Of a stretch of DNA of 64,000 bases, positions 36,891 to 48,573 are shown one piece after another. The stretch lies in contig MU008168.1 of NCBI GenBank assembly GCA_010909165.1, positions 1,488,001 through 1,552,000 on the forward strand. The letters are read 5' to 3'. The stretch is from Anthoceros angustus. Its lineage: Eukaryota; Plantae; Anthocerotophyta. The stretch's first letter is position 1. Every line of letters begins with the position of its first letter. Made by a program: the position numbers and the translations under genes. The notes beneath the pieces are model-generated. The model worked only from the letters and a program-made list of their open reading frames with translations. It searched no databases and had not been told where the DNA came from.

Positions 36891-39800
36891 TGGACTTTGA
36901 TGGCAACTTGAGGCGCATCTTAGAGTCTCTGCAGCAGTCGAAGGACGCGGGTGCAACTTTTCGAACGGGGCCTGAGCTGGAAATTACCGGCTATGGCTGC
37001 GAGGACCACTTTTCGGAACCTGATAATCTTACGCACTCGTATGTTCATCGCCCTGTGCTTGCTAGATTTCATTGTTGTGAGAGCGGCACGGTGAGTTTTA
37101 ATGCACGGATTCTTCTGGAGGCAGACCATGTTTCAGGGCTTGCTGCCAGGTGGGAATGTCTGGGGACGATTCTGGCTTCGAACCTGACTTTCGGCATGGT
37201 GTGCGACATCGGCATGCCCGTTCAGCAAGGAGGGGTAAGGTATAATTGCAGGGTTGTCTGTCTTGATGGTCAAATTCTTCTCATCCGGCCTAAGCTTTTC
37301 TTGGCAAATGATGGGAACTATCGGGAGTTGCGATGGTTTTCTGCTTGGAAGCATCATAACAAGCTGGTAAACCTGCAACTTCCTGAAAGTATCACGAATT
37401 TGTATGGGCAAGCATCAGTGCCCTTTGGAGATGGATATCTGTCCTTCACCGACACGTAAGTTCTTCTATGCCTGTGGAGCTCCATGCTGGGGTTTCTGAC
37501 GAGCTTGTATTGAAATGCTGACTGCAAGGGTGCATGCTCGTGTCGCACCAGAACTCTGGCATCTGAAACATGCGAGGAGCTCTTCACGCCAGCTTCGCCA
37601 CACAGTACACTTGCGCTGAACGGAATTGATATCATCGCGAACGGAAGTGGGAGTCACCATCAGCTGCGAAAGCTCAACACAAGACTTGAGCTCATGCAAA
37701 GCGCAACCAGTAAAGCTGGTGGTATTTATTTGTACGCCAATCAGCAAGGGTGCGATGGTGGACGACTATACTATGGTGATTGATCCACATTCCCTGAATT
37801 CTTGTCATTGATGCACTAGCCTTCTTAAAGGATGCTTGTGGACAGCCTTCCGTTTGCCACTGACAAACGCTTTATACTTCAGTGGCCTTGCTTTTGACAC
37901 TACCTGCAAAATGGACCGAACAGATGGCTGTGCGTGTATCCTTGTCAATGGAGATGTGGTTGCTCAGGGCTCCCAATTCTCTCTGAACGATGTTGAAGTT
38001 GTGACAGCTTCTGTTGACCTGGATGTGGTACGGTTTCCAACGTGAACCTTTCATTGATTGCCTTTTGCTGTACATTGCATGATATATTTCTGCTGTCCTA
38101 GCTATGTACCACGTAGACGTTTGACTTTGTGGCTTGCAGGTGGCAAGTTACAGGGGAGCTGTGAGCAGTCTGAGAGAGCAGGCAAGCCAGGAAGCTCCTA
38201 AACCTTCTGTGAAGGTGGACTTTCGGCTATCAGACGCTGTCTTTGACCTGACGAGTTTTCCATCACTGCCAATTGCGGTAAGGCCCTTCCCCAGCTTGTG
38301 GAGTGATGGGAAGATGATAGCAAACTCAAGTTGCGTGATTTCATGGGCAATGGAATTTTCGGACAACAGGTGAGGTACCATCTTCCCCAGGAAGAGATTG
38401 CTCTCGGACCTGCATGTTGGCTGTGGGACTACCTTCGTAGAAGTGGTGGAAGTGGCTTTCTCCTTCCACTTTCTGGTGGTGCAGATAGTTCAAGTGTGGC
38501 GGCGCTAGTGGGAAGCATGTGTCAGCTTGTCCTGAAAGGTCCTTGCTTTATGAACTTGTGCTAACCTGTGCATGTCTCCTATCTGGTCCTGTCTTTCATT
38601 CTTTGGACTGCTCACACTTTCGTTCTCATTTTCCAGCTGTGAAGGAGGGGAATGAACAGGTACTGGCAGATGCTGTACGCATTGGGAACTATGAGAAAGG
38701 GATGGTACCTGTCAATCCCTGTGAATTTGCCAATCGGGTGCTGCATACTGTGTACATGGGAACTGATAACAGGTGCTAACATCCTAGTCTCACTTGTTTC
38801 CCAGCATATGTAGCTTAGGTTCTCTGTTTCCGTCGGCTTTGTTTCTAACTTAAATCAACCATCTGCAGCTCTGAAGGCACACAAGATCGGGCTAAAAGAT
38901 TAGCAGAAGAAATTGGAGCATCTCACTTAGATGTGAAAATTGATGTTATTTTGTCAGCCATGCTTTCCTTGTTTCAGACAATGACAGGGAAAACTCCAAA
39001 GTACAAGGTAAAGGCTAATCGCTGAACTTGAACTTTGTCACCTTCTTGAGCCCATGTATCTCCATCAGGCTCAAACACATAGCTGAAACATGGTTTTTTG
39101 TTGTAGGTCAATGGCGGAACAAATTCAGAGAATCTCGCGCTGCAAAGCCTCCAGGCTCGTATTCGTATGGTTCTTTGCTTATCTGCTAGCATCACTACTA
39201 CCGTGGGTGCGTAGCAGACCAGGGTTTCTCCTTGTTTTGGGCAGTGCAAATGTGGATGAAGGACTTCGAGGATATCTGACAAAGGTAGGAGTTGCTCTTC
39301 TTTGTTGTTACCTTTCGCAGTGCTAAGGGAGGGAAGCGTCTTGATTGTTGTTCACTTTTGCAGTATGACAACAGTTCTGCCGGCATCAATCCTATAGGAG
39401 GCATCAGCAAGCTGGATATCCGCACTTTTCTAAGATGGGGAGCTGAATATTTAGGCTATTCAACTCTGGCTGAAATAGAGTCCGCTCCACCCACAGCAGA
39501 GCTGGAGCCTATTCGAGAAAATTATACCCAGGTGAACTGCTGAGAATGCATTGTCACTGCACCGGCATTAGGGAAGCATGCTCATGCCTTTGTTGCAGAC
39601 AGATGAAGCCGACATGGGCATGACATATGAGGAGCTTTCAATGTATGGTCGCCTTCGGAAAGCCTTCCGCTGCGGTCCTGTCTCCATGTTTCAGGTCAGA
39701 TCTCGCTGATTGAAGTCTGGCTTGACAATGTGCTGTATTGTGCTGGGCATGCACAGCCTGTACTTTTTCCTCCACACACATCTTGGCTGTGTTTGCAGCA

Positions 39801-40775
39801 CCTCTGCCATCGTTGGCAAGGTCGCCTTACCCCAGCTGAAGTTGCTACAAAGGTGAAAGACTTTTTCAAATACTACTCCATGAACCGCCACAAGATGACA
39901 ACTTTGGCACCCTCCTACCATGCAGAGGTGAGAGACTCTTGATGTTGGTGCGTTCTAGTCCAGTATTGCTGGTAATTTTGACAATCTTATGGTCGAGTCG
40001 CTAGTGACTGAAGGGAACAATTTTGAAATCTTATGTGTTCGAATGTTTTCTTTTCTTGTGGTATGCACTAATTTCTTGTTGCTACCAGAGCTACTCGCCG
40101 GAGGACAACCGTTTTGACTTGCGACAGTTCCTATATAACACGCGCTGGCCTTGGCAATTCAAGCGCATAGACGAGATTGTGCAGCTAGGTGAGCAAACCA
40201 ATCGGTGTGACAGAGATCGAGCAAAACCTGGTCATTTGACAAGTGCAGAGTTATCTGAGGCTCATGCAGCTGTGGCTTCGGAGTCCCGGCTGCAGATTCC
40301 GGCAACCCACATTCTGCAAGCGCAACATGATATGGTGACTAGTAGCAAAGATCTATCCAGCTTAACATCTGACATCTGGAAGCATTCACTGACTTGCAGG
40401 CAAAATGTTTTAAGTAGTAAATGTCTTTACCCAGAACCCTCGTGTCAGAAGTGCGAGAGCTCCTTGTTGTTTAGATGTATATATAGATACAAGGTTGTAG
40501 AGAGAGTTCCTTGGGGTTTGGCTTTTGCCTTCCTTGAGCATTCCGTAATGGCCTTCCGTCGTTCGAAGCTCAAGGACGAAGAGAGGGATCTCTTCCTCTG
40601 TATGTGTTGCAACAAAACGCGTCATCCGAATATCACGTCCAACGTTCCAACTCTGCCCTCCAAGACCTCTTCAAAGCACAGCTGCTCGGCGAAAGCTCAG
40701 AGATCTCCAGCGGCTCATAGCGAAAGCTCTCGGTACCTACTCTTTTCTTGGTTACCCCGACCTCGCTCCTGCTGA
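36845..40775 (+). CDS. QNS1: Glutamine-dependent NAD+ synthetase (multi-exon). Apparent +1 frameshift at 39174-39176; true 3' end uncertain (conserved part ends ~40190)
   Basis: [149 protein letters not shown]. The exons have GT-AG boundaries. Confidence 0.95.
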
Positions 40776-41091
40776 TCTAAGTCATTGTAGATGCACAAAA
40801 ACTCATGTCTGGCTCCTGGCAAGTTCCCAGAGAAAGCGTGCATCCGATCCCACACTGCTCGCAGTAGAGCAAGTTGTGGAGTGCACAAGAGCAGGCAAGG
40901 TGCATCACCTACATGGTACAGACTACAGACCTCCAATTCGTTACAGTGCTTGTGTACAGGGGGAGATTCATTCGAGTCTGGTAAACTCTCCTCTGGTGCG
41001 AGGCGGATCAATTTTAGCGACCCGTGTCCTCCCCCGGCCTCCCCGGCAAGAGCGAAAGTAATATTCAGCACTGGCTAGTTCTTCATTTGTC

Positions 41092-43476
41092 TCACGGTCG
41101 TCCCTTACAACTGCAACAACCATTTGCGAATCGATGCACACGGTACCCATCCCTTACCACGATGTGTCTCTGTTCAAGCCTTGACATGATCTGCGTGGAG
41201 CTGTGGCAGTCACTGCACATGCGTAGATTCTTTGTTACCACCAGAGGTGTCCCACTCGGAGTGTTCAACAGACCAAACGCCAGAGCTAGCTTCTCAGCAT
41301 GCCCGCAAAGCACATCTTCCTTTTCCTTCTCACCCAGTGGCTTCAACACCAGCTTTGTGTGAGGTACGTGGCCCCCTTCCTGCTTCAGACGTGCATTCGT
41401 GCTCTCTACCTTGAGCGCAATATCCTCTCTCCTTTCTCCCACCAGAAATCTATGTACCTGCTCATTCACCTCAATGGTCGCTACTGCTGGTTTCTTGTTA
41501 GCTCCTGCCACCCTTCTCCGTGTCTCAATCCTGTCTACATCGGTCCACCTCCCTGCATCTGCGTAGGCATTGGCCATGAGCACGTATGCGGGCGCATCCT
41601 GGGGGGCCAGCTTAACAATGCTTTCAAAACACCACATCGCCCTCTCTATATCCCCGTGGTTTTTGCAGGCATTCAACAAAGACCTCAATCCCACAACATC
41701 ACTTTGGCCCTCACATAACAGTAGCATTTTCTCTGCCTCCTCCAAATGGCCTGCACGCCCAAGAAGATCAATCATGCACGTGTAATGCTCGATAGTAGGT
41801 TTGATGCCATGCTGTTCAGCCATGGAATCAAAGTGCTTGCGACCCTCGTGGACTAGTCCCTCATGACTGCATGCTGCTAGAAGGCAACTAAAAGTAGCAC
41901 TATCAGGCTGAACACCGGCAACTAACATCTCCTCAAAACAAGCTAGTGCTCTCCGACCATCATCACAAGTGCCATACCCAGATATCAGGGCATTCCATGA
42001 CACCACACTCTTTGTGTTCATGCTGGCAAAAACCTGGCGTGCCTCTTCCAATTCACCACATTTTGCATACATGTCCACCAGACAGTTGCCCAACACTATG
42101 TTATCCAGCAGTCCTCTTTCCACAATCTGTGAGTGCAGCTGCCTGCCCTTCTGTAAGGCACCAGTGCTTCCACAGGCCTTCAGAAGGCAAGTAAAAGTAA
42201 CATGGTTAGCCAAATTGAGGCCGTCTCGCTGCATTTGTCCATACAAAACAAGCGATTCTTGGCCAAGTCCATGCTGTGCATACCCGGCAATCAGGGCATT
42301 CCATGACACCACATCCTTCGTGGCCATGCTGTCAAAAACCAGGCGTGCATCTTTCAGTTCACCACATTTTGCATACCCAGCTATCAGGGTATTCCATGTC
42401 ACCACATTCTTTGTGGCCATGTTGTCAAAAACCAGGCGTGCATCTTGCAGTTCACCACATTTTGCATACATGTCCACCAGGCTGGCGCCAACAAAAGAGT
42501 CAGTGGGAATGCCACTCCGCACCACATCACAGTGCACTTTTCTGCCAGATTCCAAGTCAGCGGCAAATGCACAAGCTTGAAGGGCAGCTACAAAGACGTG
42601 AGCATCCGCCTTCACTCCTGACGTACGCATCTCATGGTACAGTTGTACTGCCTCATTCGGTTTTCCATGTTTAGTATGTGCAGAGATGATGGAAGACCAC
42701 GTGAAAACATCTGGTTTGCCTACCCTGGTGAACACATCCATGGCCTCCTCTAACCTGCCCCCACTGGCATACATGCGCAAGATATGGTTCCCCACGTATG
42801 CAATTGCCTCGTACCCAAGCTTGACAATGAGCTCATGAACTCGTCGCCCCACAACCAAATCCTTCTTAGCTGTACACAGTTTCAGCACAGTGCAAAACAG
42901 AGACCGAGGAATAGCAGAGTCTGTTTGCGCCAGAGATTCTAGGGCTACAACGGCCTCAGAAAGCTTCCCCTGCTCACACAACATGCTCACGGTTCCAGCC
43001 ATTACCACGCCCATTTCCGATCCTGCACGCCTGCCAGGTTCAGGCTTATCCGGGGAGCTCGATTTCGGAGGAGAGGATCCATGACCTATCTTCAAATCCA
43101 AGGAAACGAGCTGCTCATCAACCCAAGCTGGCTTAAACATGTCGTTTAACCACAGGACCTCGCCGGACCCCTTACGTCGGAAGTCAGGAGAACGGATGCT
43201 CTTCTGATCTCGCCTGTAGTCCCACCACATGGTAGGGTCCAGAAAAAACTGCTTCCACAAGTACTCCTGCTCCTGGCAACGGCCATCGCTGGAAAATCCC
43301 TCCGCACCCACACATGTTCTCGGGAGTGCTGGGCTCCTTACACTGCTGCACCTGGAGGCTTTGCTTGCCAGGGTTTGACTCCCTAAGATGAGGTGAGCGG
43401 GAGCTCCTCGTAGAATCCCTGCACACACAGCCATTTGTTGGGTCCACAACGGGTCCGGTTGCCATACTGTGGCCAT
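41092..43476 (-). CDS. PLS-class PPR-E1-E2-DYW:KP (GRP-ending) protein with N-terminal PDF-like motif, 794 aa; candidate U-to-C editing factor
   Basis: Intronless ORF with P/L/S/SS motifs and E domains. KKPAVATIEV (KPAxA), GHAEKLA, CSDC, and C-terminus CSCKGRP. Confidence 0.95.
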   Translation of the reverse strand: MATVWQPDPLWTQQMAVCAGILRGAPAHLILGSQTLASKASRCSSVRSPALPRTCVGAEGFSSDGRCQEQEYLWKQFFLDPTMWWDYRRDQKSIRSPDFRRKGSGEVLWLNDMFKPAWVDEQLVSLDLKIGHGSSPPKSSSPDKPEPGRRAGSEMGVVMAGTVSMLCEQGKLSEAVVALESLAQTDSAIPRSLFCTVLKLCTAKKDLVVGRRVHELIVKLGYEAIAYVGNHILRMYASGGRLEEAMDVFTRVGKPDVFTWSSIISAHTKHGKPNEAVQLYHEMRTSGVKADAHVFVAALQACAFAADLESGRKVHCDVVRSGIPTDSFVGASLVDMYAKCGELQDARLVFDNMATKNVVTWNTLIAGYAKCGELKDARLVFDSMATKDVVSWNALIAGYAQHGLGQESLVLYGQMQRDGLNLANHVTFTCLLKACGSTGALQKGRQLHSQIVERGLLDNIVLGNCLVDMYAKCGELEEARQVFASMNTKSVVSWNALISGYGTCDDGRRALACFEEMLVAGVQPDSATFSCLLAACSHEGLVHEGRKHFDSMAEQHGIKPTIEHYTCMIDLLGRAGHLEEAEKMLLLCEGQSDVVGLRSLLNACKNHGDIERAMWCFESIVKLAPQDAPAYVLMANAYADAGRWTDVDRIETRRRVAGANKKPAVATIEVNEQVHRFLVGERREDIALKVESTNARLKQEGGHVPHTKLVLKPLGEKEKEDVLCGHAEKLALAFGLLNTPSGTPLVVTKNLRMCSDCHSSTQIMSRLEQRHIVVRDGYRVHRFANGCCSCKGRP

Positions 43477-43897
43477 CGTTCAGGACCGCTGTCGGAAGAT
43501 GACTCTAACAACAGACCATGGCAGGATTCCCAGCTACCATGCATTACCAAAACACCGTGAAGGATAGTGGAGACGCCGTCGTAAGCACCATTGGGTACGT
43601 GGATAAAACAACACCTGGTGGTATCAAAGCTCTTGCAAACTAACTGAAACGTCGAGCATTCTTCGTTAGAACACTCTTAACAGTACAATTTCTTCATTCC
43701 ACATCGCGAGAAATGCATTGGACTCTGAATAACTATGTTGCGGTGAGAGGTGGATCAGTGGCAGCAATTCATGTCCGTGTGTCTCGGTTTGGACAGGGAT
43801 GGAGCCGTTAACCATTTACGTTCACCCCCATAAAGATACCAATACATGCCCATTCTCTGGGCTACACGCTTGAGCACACGCCATTTCTTAATCATTC

Positions 43898-46800
43898 TCA
43901 CGGTCGACCCTTACAACTGCAACAACCATTTGCGAATCGATGCACACGGTATCCATCCCTTACAACAATGTCTCTCTGTTCAAGCCTTGACATGATCTCA
44001 GTGGAAGTGTGGCAGTCACTGCACATGCGTAGATTCTTTGTTACCACCAGAGGTGTCCCACTCGGAGTGTTCAACAGACCAAACGCCAGAGCTAGCTTCT
44101 CAGCATGCCCACAAAGCACATCTTCCTTTTCCTTCTCACCCAGTGGCTTCAACACCAACTGTGTGTGAGGTGCGTGGCCTCCTTCCTGCTTCAGACGTGC
44201 ATTCGTGCTCTCGATCGTGAGCGCAATATCCTCTCTCCTTTCTCCCACCAAAAATCTATGTACCTCCGCATTCACCTCAATGGTCGCCACTGCAGGTTTC
44301 TTGTTAGCTCCTACTACCCTTCTCTTTGTTTCTATCCTGTCTACATCGGTCCACCTACCTGCATCTGCATAGGCGTTGGCCATCAGCACATATGCAGGCG
44401 CATCCTGGGGGGCCAGCCTAACAATGCTTTCAAAACACCACATCGCCCTCTCTATATCCCCGTGGCTTTTGCAGGCATTCAACAAAGTCGTCAATCCCAC
44501 AACATCGGATTGGCCCTCACATGACCATAGCATATTCTCTGCCTCGTCTAAATGGCCTGCACGCCCAAGAAGATCAATCATGCAGGTGTAATGCTCAATA
44601 GTAGGTTTGATGCCATGCTGTTCAGCCATGGAATCAAAGAGCTTGCGACCCTCGTGGACTAGCCCCTCATGACTGCATGCTACTAGAAGGCAACTAAACG
44701 TAGAACCATCAGGCAGAATACCGGCAACTAACATCTCATCAAAACAAGCTAGTGCCTTGACCATCATCACAAGTACCATACCCAGATATCAGGGCATTCC
44801 ATGTCACCACATCCTTTGTGTTCATGCTGTCAAAAACCTGGCGTGCATCTTCCAGTTCACCACATTTTGCATACATGTCCACCAGGCAGGTGCCCAACAC
44901 ATTATCCAGCAGTCCTCTTTCCACAATCAGAGTGCAGCTGCCTGCCCTTCTGTAAGGCACCAGTGCTTGCACAGGCCTTCAGAAGGCAAGCAAAAGTAAC
45001 ATCGTCAGCCAAAAGTAGACCCGCGTCCTCCATTTGTCCATACAGAACAAGCGCTCCTGTCCTTGCTGTGCATACCCAGCATCAGGCGTTCCACACCACA
45101 TCCTTTGCATGCTGTCAAAAACCTGGCGTGCATTTCCAGTTCACCACAGCAGGCATTCCATGTCACCACATCCTTTGGCATGCTGTCAAAAACCCGGCGT
45201 GCATTTGCCAGTTCACCACATTTTGCATAACCAGATAAGAGTGCATTCCATGTCACTACATCCTTCATGGCCAGGCCTTCAAAAACCTCTCGTGCACATT
45301 CCAGTTCGCCACATTTTGCATACATGTCCACCAGGCAGTTGCCCACCAGTACGTTATCAGCAGTCCTCTTCCACAATCAGAGTGCAGCTCCTGCTACCTT
45401 CTCTGTGTTTCAATCCTGTCTACATCGGTCCACCTACCTGCATCTGCATAGGCATTGGCCATGAGCACATATGCAGGCGCATCCTGGGGGGCCAGCCTAA
45501 CAATGCTTTCAAAACACCACATCGCCCTCTCTATATCCCCGTGACTTTTGCAGGCATTCAACAAAGACGTCAACCCACAACATCACTTGGCCCTCACATG
45601 ACAATAGCATATTCTCTGCCTCATCTAAATGGCCTGCACGCCCAAGAAGATCAATCATGCATGTAATGCTCAATAGTAGGTTTGATGCCATGCTGTTCAG
45701 CCATGGAATCAAAGTGCTTGCGACCCTCGTGGACCAGTCCTCATGACTGCATGCTACTAGAAGGCAAGTAAAGTAGCCATCAGGCTGAATACCGGCAACT
45801 AACATCTCATCAAACAAGCTAGTGCCTTGACCATCATGCAAAGTACCATACCCAGATATCAGGGCATCCATGTCACCACATCTTTGTGTTCATGCTGTCA
45901 AAAACCTGGCGTGCATCTCCAGTTCACCACATTTTGCATACATGTCCACCAGGCAGGTGCCCAACACATTGTCCAGCAGTCCTCTTTCCACAATCAGAGT
46001 GCAGCTGCCTTCTTCTGTAAGGCACCAGTGCTTGCACAGGCCTTCAGAAGGCAAGCAAAAGTAACATCGTCAGCCAAATCAGGCCCTCCTCCATTTGTCC
46101 ATACAGAACAAGCGCTCTTGGCCAAGTCCTTGCTGTGCATACCCAGCATCAGGCGTTCCATGTCACACATCCTCAGCAGGCGTGCATCCAGTTCACCACA
46201 TTTTGCATACCAGCAATCAGGGCATTCCATGTCACCACATCCTTTGGCCAGCTGTCAAAAACCTGGCGTGCATCTTCCAGTTCGCACATTTTGCATACAT
46301 GTCCACCAGGCAGTTGCCCACCACATGTTATCAGCAGTCCTCTTCCACAATCTGTGAGTGCAGCTGCCTGCCCTTCTGTAAGGCACCAGCTTGCACAGGC
46401 CTTCAGAAGGCAAGCAAAAGTAACATGGTCAGCCAAATCAGGCCCTCCTGCTCCATTTGTCCAGACAAGCGCCTTGCACCCACTGTGCATACCCAGCAAT
46501 CAGGGCATTCCATGTCACCACATCCTTTGTGGCCATGCTGTCAAAAACCTGGCGTGCATCTTTCAGTTCACATTTTGCATACATGTCCACCAGGCAGTTG
46601 CCAACAAACAAGTCAGGAGGAATGCCACTGTGCAACATCGTCAGCCAAAATGCCCCTCCTCCATTTGTCCATACAGAACAAGCGACTCTTGGCCAAGTCC
46701 TTGCTGTGCATACCCAGCGATCAGGACGTTCCATGACACTACATCCTTTGTGTTCATGCTGTCAAAAACCCGGCGTGCATTTTCCAGTTCACCACATTTT

Positions 46801-48203
46801 GCATACCAGCAATCAGGCATTCCATGTCACCACATTTTGCATACATGTCCACCAGGCAGTTGCCCACCACATTTTGCATACATGTCCACCAGGCAGTTGC
46901 CCACCAGTACGTTATCTAGCTTTCCTCGTTCCACAATCTGTGAGTGCAGATGTCTGCCCTTCTGTAAGGCACCAGCGATTGCACAGGCCTTCAGAAGGCA
47001 AGCAAAAGTAACGTGGTCAGCCAAACTCAGGCCCTCCTGCTCCATTTGCCCGTAGAGTGCAAGCGCCTCTTGCCCGAAACCTTGCTGTGCATAACCAGCA
47101 ATCAGCGCCGTCCATGTCACCACATCCTTTTTGGGCAACCTTTCAAAAACCTGGCGTGCGTCTTTCAGTTCACCACATCTTGCATACATGTCCACCAGGC
47201 TGGTGCCAAGAAACAAGTCAGGATGAATGCCACTCTGCACCACGTCGCAGTGCACTTTCCTGCCAGATTCCAAGTCAGCGGCCAATGCACAAGCTTGGAG
47301 GGCAGCTACAAAGACGTGAGCATCCGCCTTCATTCCTGACCTACGCATCTCATGGTACAGTTGTACTCCCTCATTAGGTTTCCCATGTTTAGCATGTGCA
47401 GAGATGATGGAAGACCACGTGAAAGCATCTGGTTTGCCTACTCTGGTGAACACATCCATGGCCTCCTCTAGCCTACCTCCACTTGCATACATGCGCAGGA
47501 TATGGTTCCCCATGTATGCCATCGAATCGTACCCAAGTTTGACACTGAGATCATGAACTCGTCGCCCCACAACCAAATTCTTCTTAGCTGTACACAGTTT
47601 CAGCACAGTACAAAACAGAGACTGCGAAATAGCAGTTTCTGTCTGCGCCAGAGATTCCAGGGCTGCAATGGCCTCAGAAAGCTTCCCCTGCTGGCATAAG
47701 ATGCTCACGGTTCTAGGCGTTACCACGCCCATTTCCGATCCTGCACGCCTGCCAGGTTCAGGCCTATCCTGAGAGCTCGGCTTGGAAGGGGGGCCACCGT
47801 GACCAATCTGCATATCCAAGGAAACGAGATGCTCATCAACCCAAGCTGGCTTAAACATGTTGTTTAACCACAGGACCTCGCCGGACCCCTTACGCCGGAA
47901 GTCTGGCGATCGGGAGCTCTTCTTATCTCGTCTGTAATCCCACCACATGGTAGGGTCCAGGAACAATTGTTGCCACAAGTGCTCCTGCTCCTGGCGACGA
48001 CCATCGCTGGAAAACCCGTCCCCACCCACAAATTTTCTCGGAAGTGGAAGTGCTGGGCTCCTTACACTGCTGCACCTGGAGGCTTGGTTGTTTGCCAGGG
48101 GTTGACTCCCTGAGGTGAGGTGAGCGGGAGCTCCTCGTAGAATCCCTGTACACACACCAATTTGTTGGGTCCACAACGGGTCCGGTTGCCATACTGTGGC
48201 CAT
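43898..48203 (-). pseudogene. Second PPR-DYW:KP(GRP) paralog: clean N-terminus (48203-~46900) and clean E-DYW C-terminus (~44780-43898), separated by scrambled repeated PPR fragments
   Basis: The 458-aa and 293-aa ORFs are highly similar to the flanking paralogs. 44780-46900 contains repeated, deletion-riddled PPR pieces and a second E-domain copy (~45400-45870). It may be intact in vivo if the middle is an assembly error. Confidence 0.75.
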
Positions 48204-48573
48204 CGTTCAGGGACCACTGTCGCAAGATACACTCACAACAGACCATCGCAGCAGGATGCCTGAGTACTGCGCATGATCATGCCACCCTGAAGGATAGTGC
48301 ACAAGGTTTTTCACGTATTGAGCACAGAGAAAACAATGCGGCATGGCGTCGGAGTTAACACAAACTGGTGTGTCCAAGCATGGATAGTACTCTACTGATC
48401 GAATCAGTCGAAAGTGTCTTCAGTCCAGAAAAATAGAGATTCTTTCGATTCTGATTGTCTCTGTTGTGTCTTTCGTTCTGAACGTCTCCGTTGTGTTGAG
48501 ACGTGAATCACCGTTAGCAATCCACGTCCATGTCTCAATTTGGACAGGGATGAAGCTATTCACCAAATTTTTC

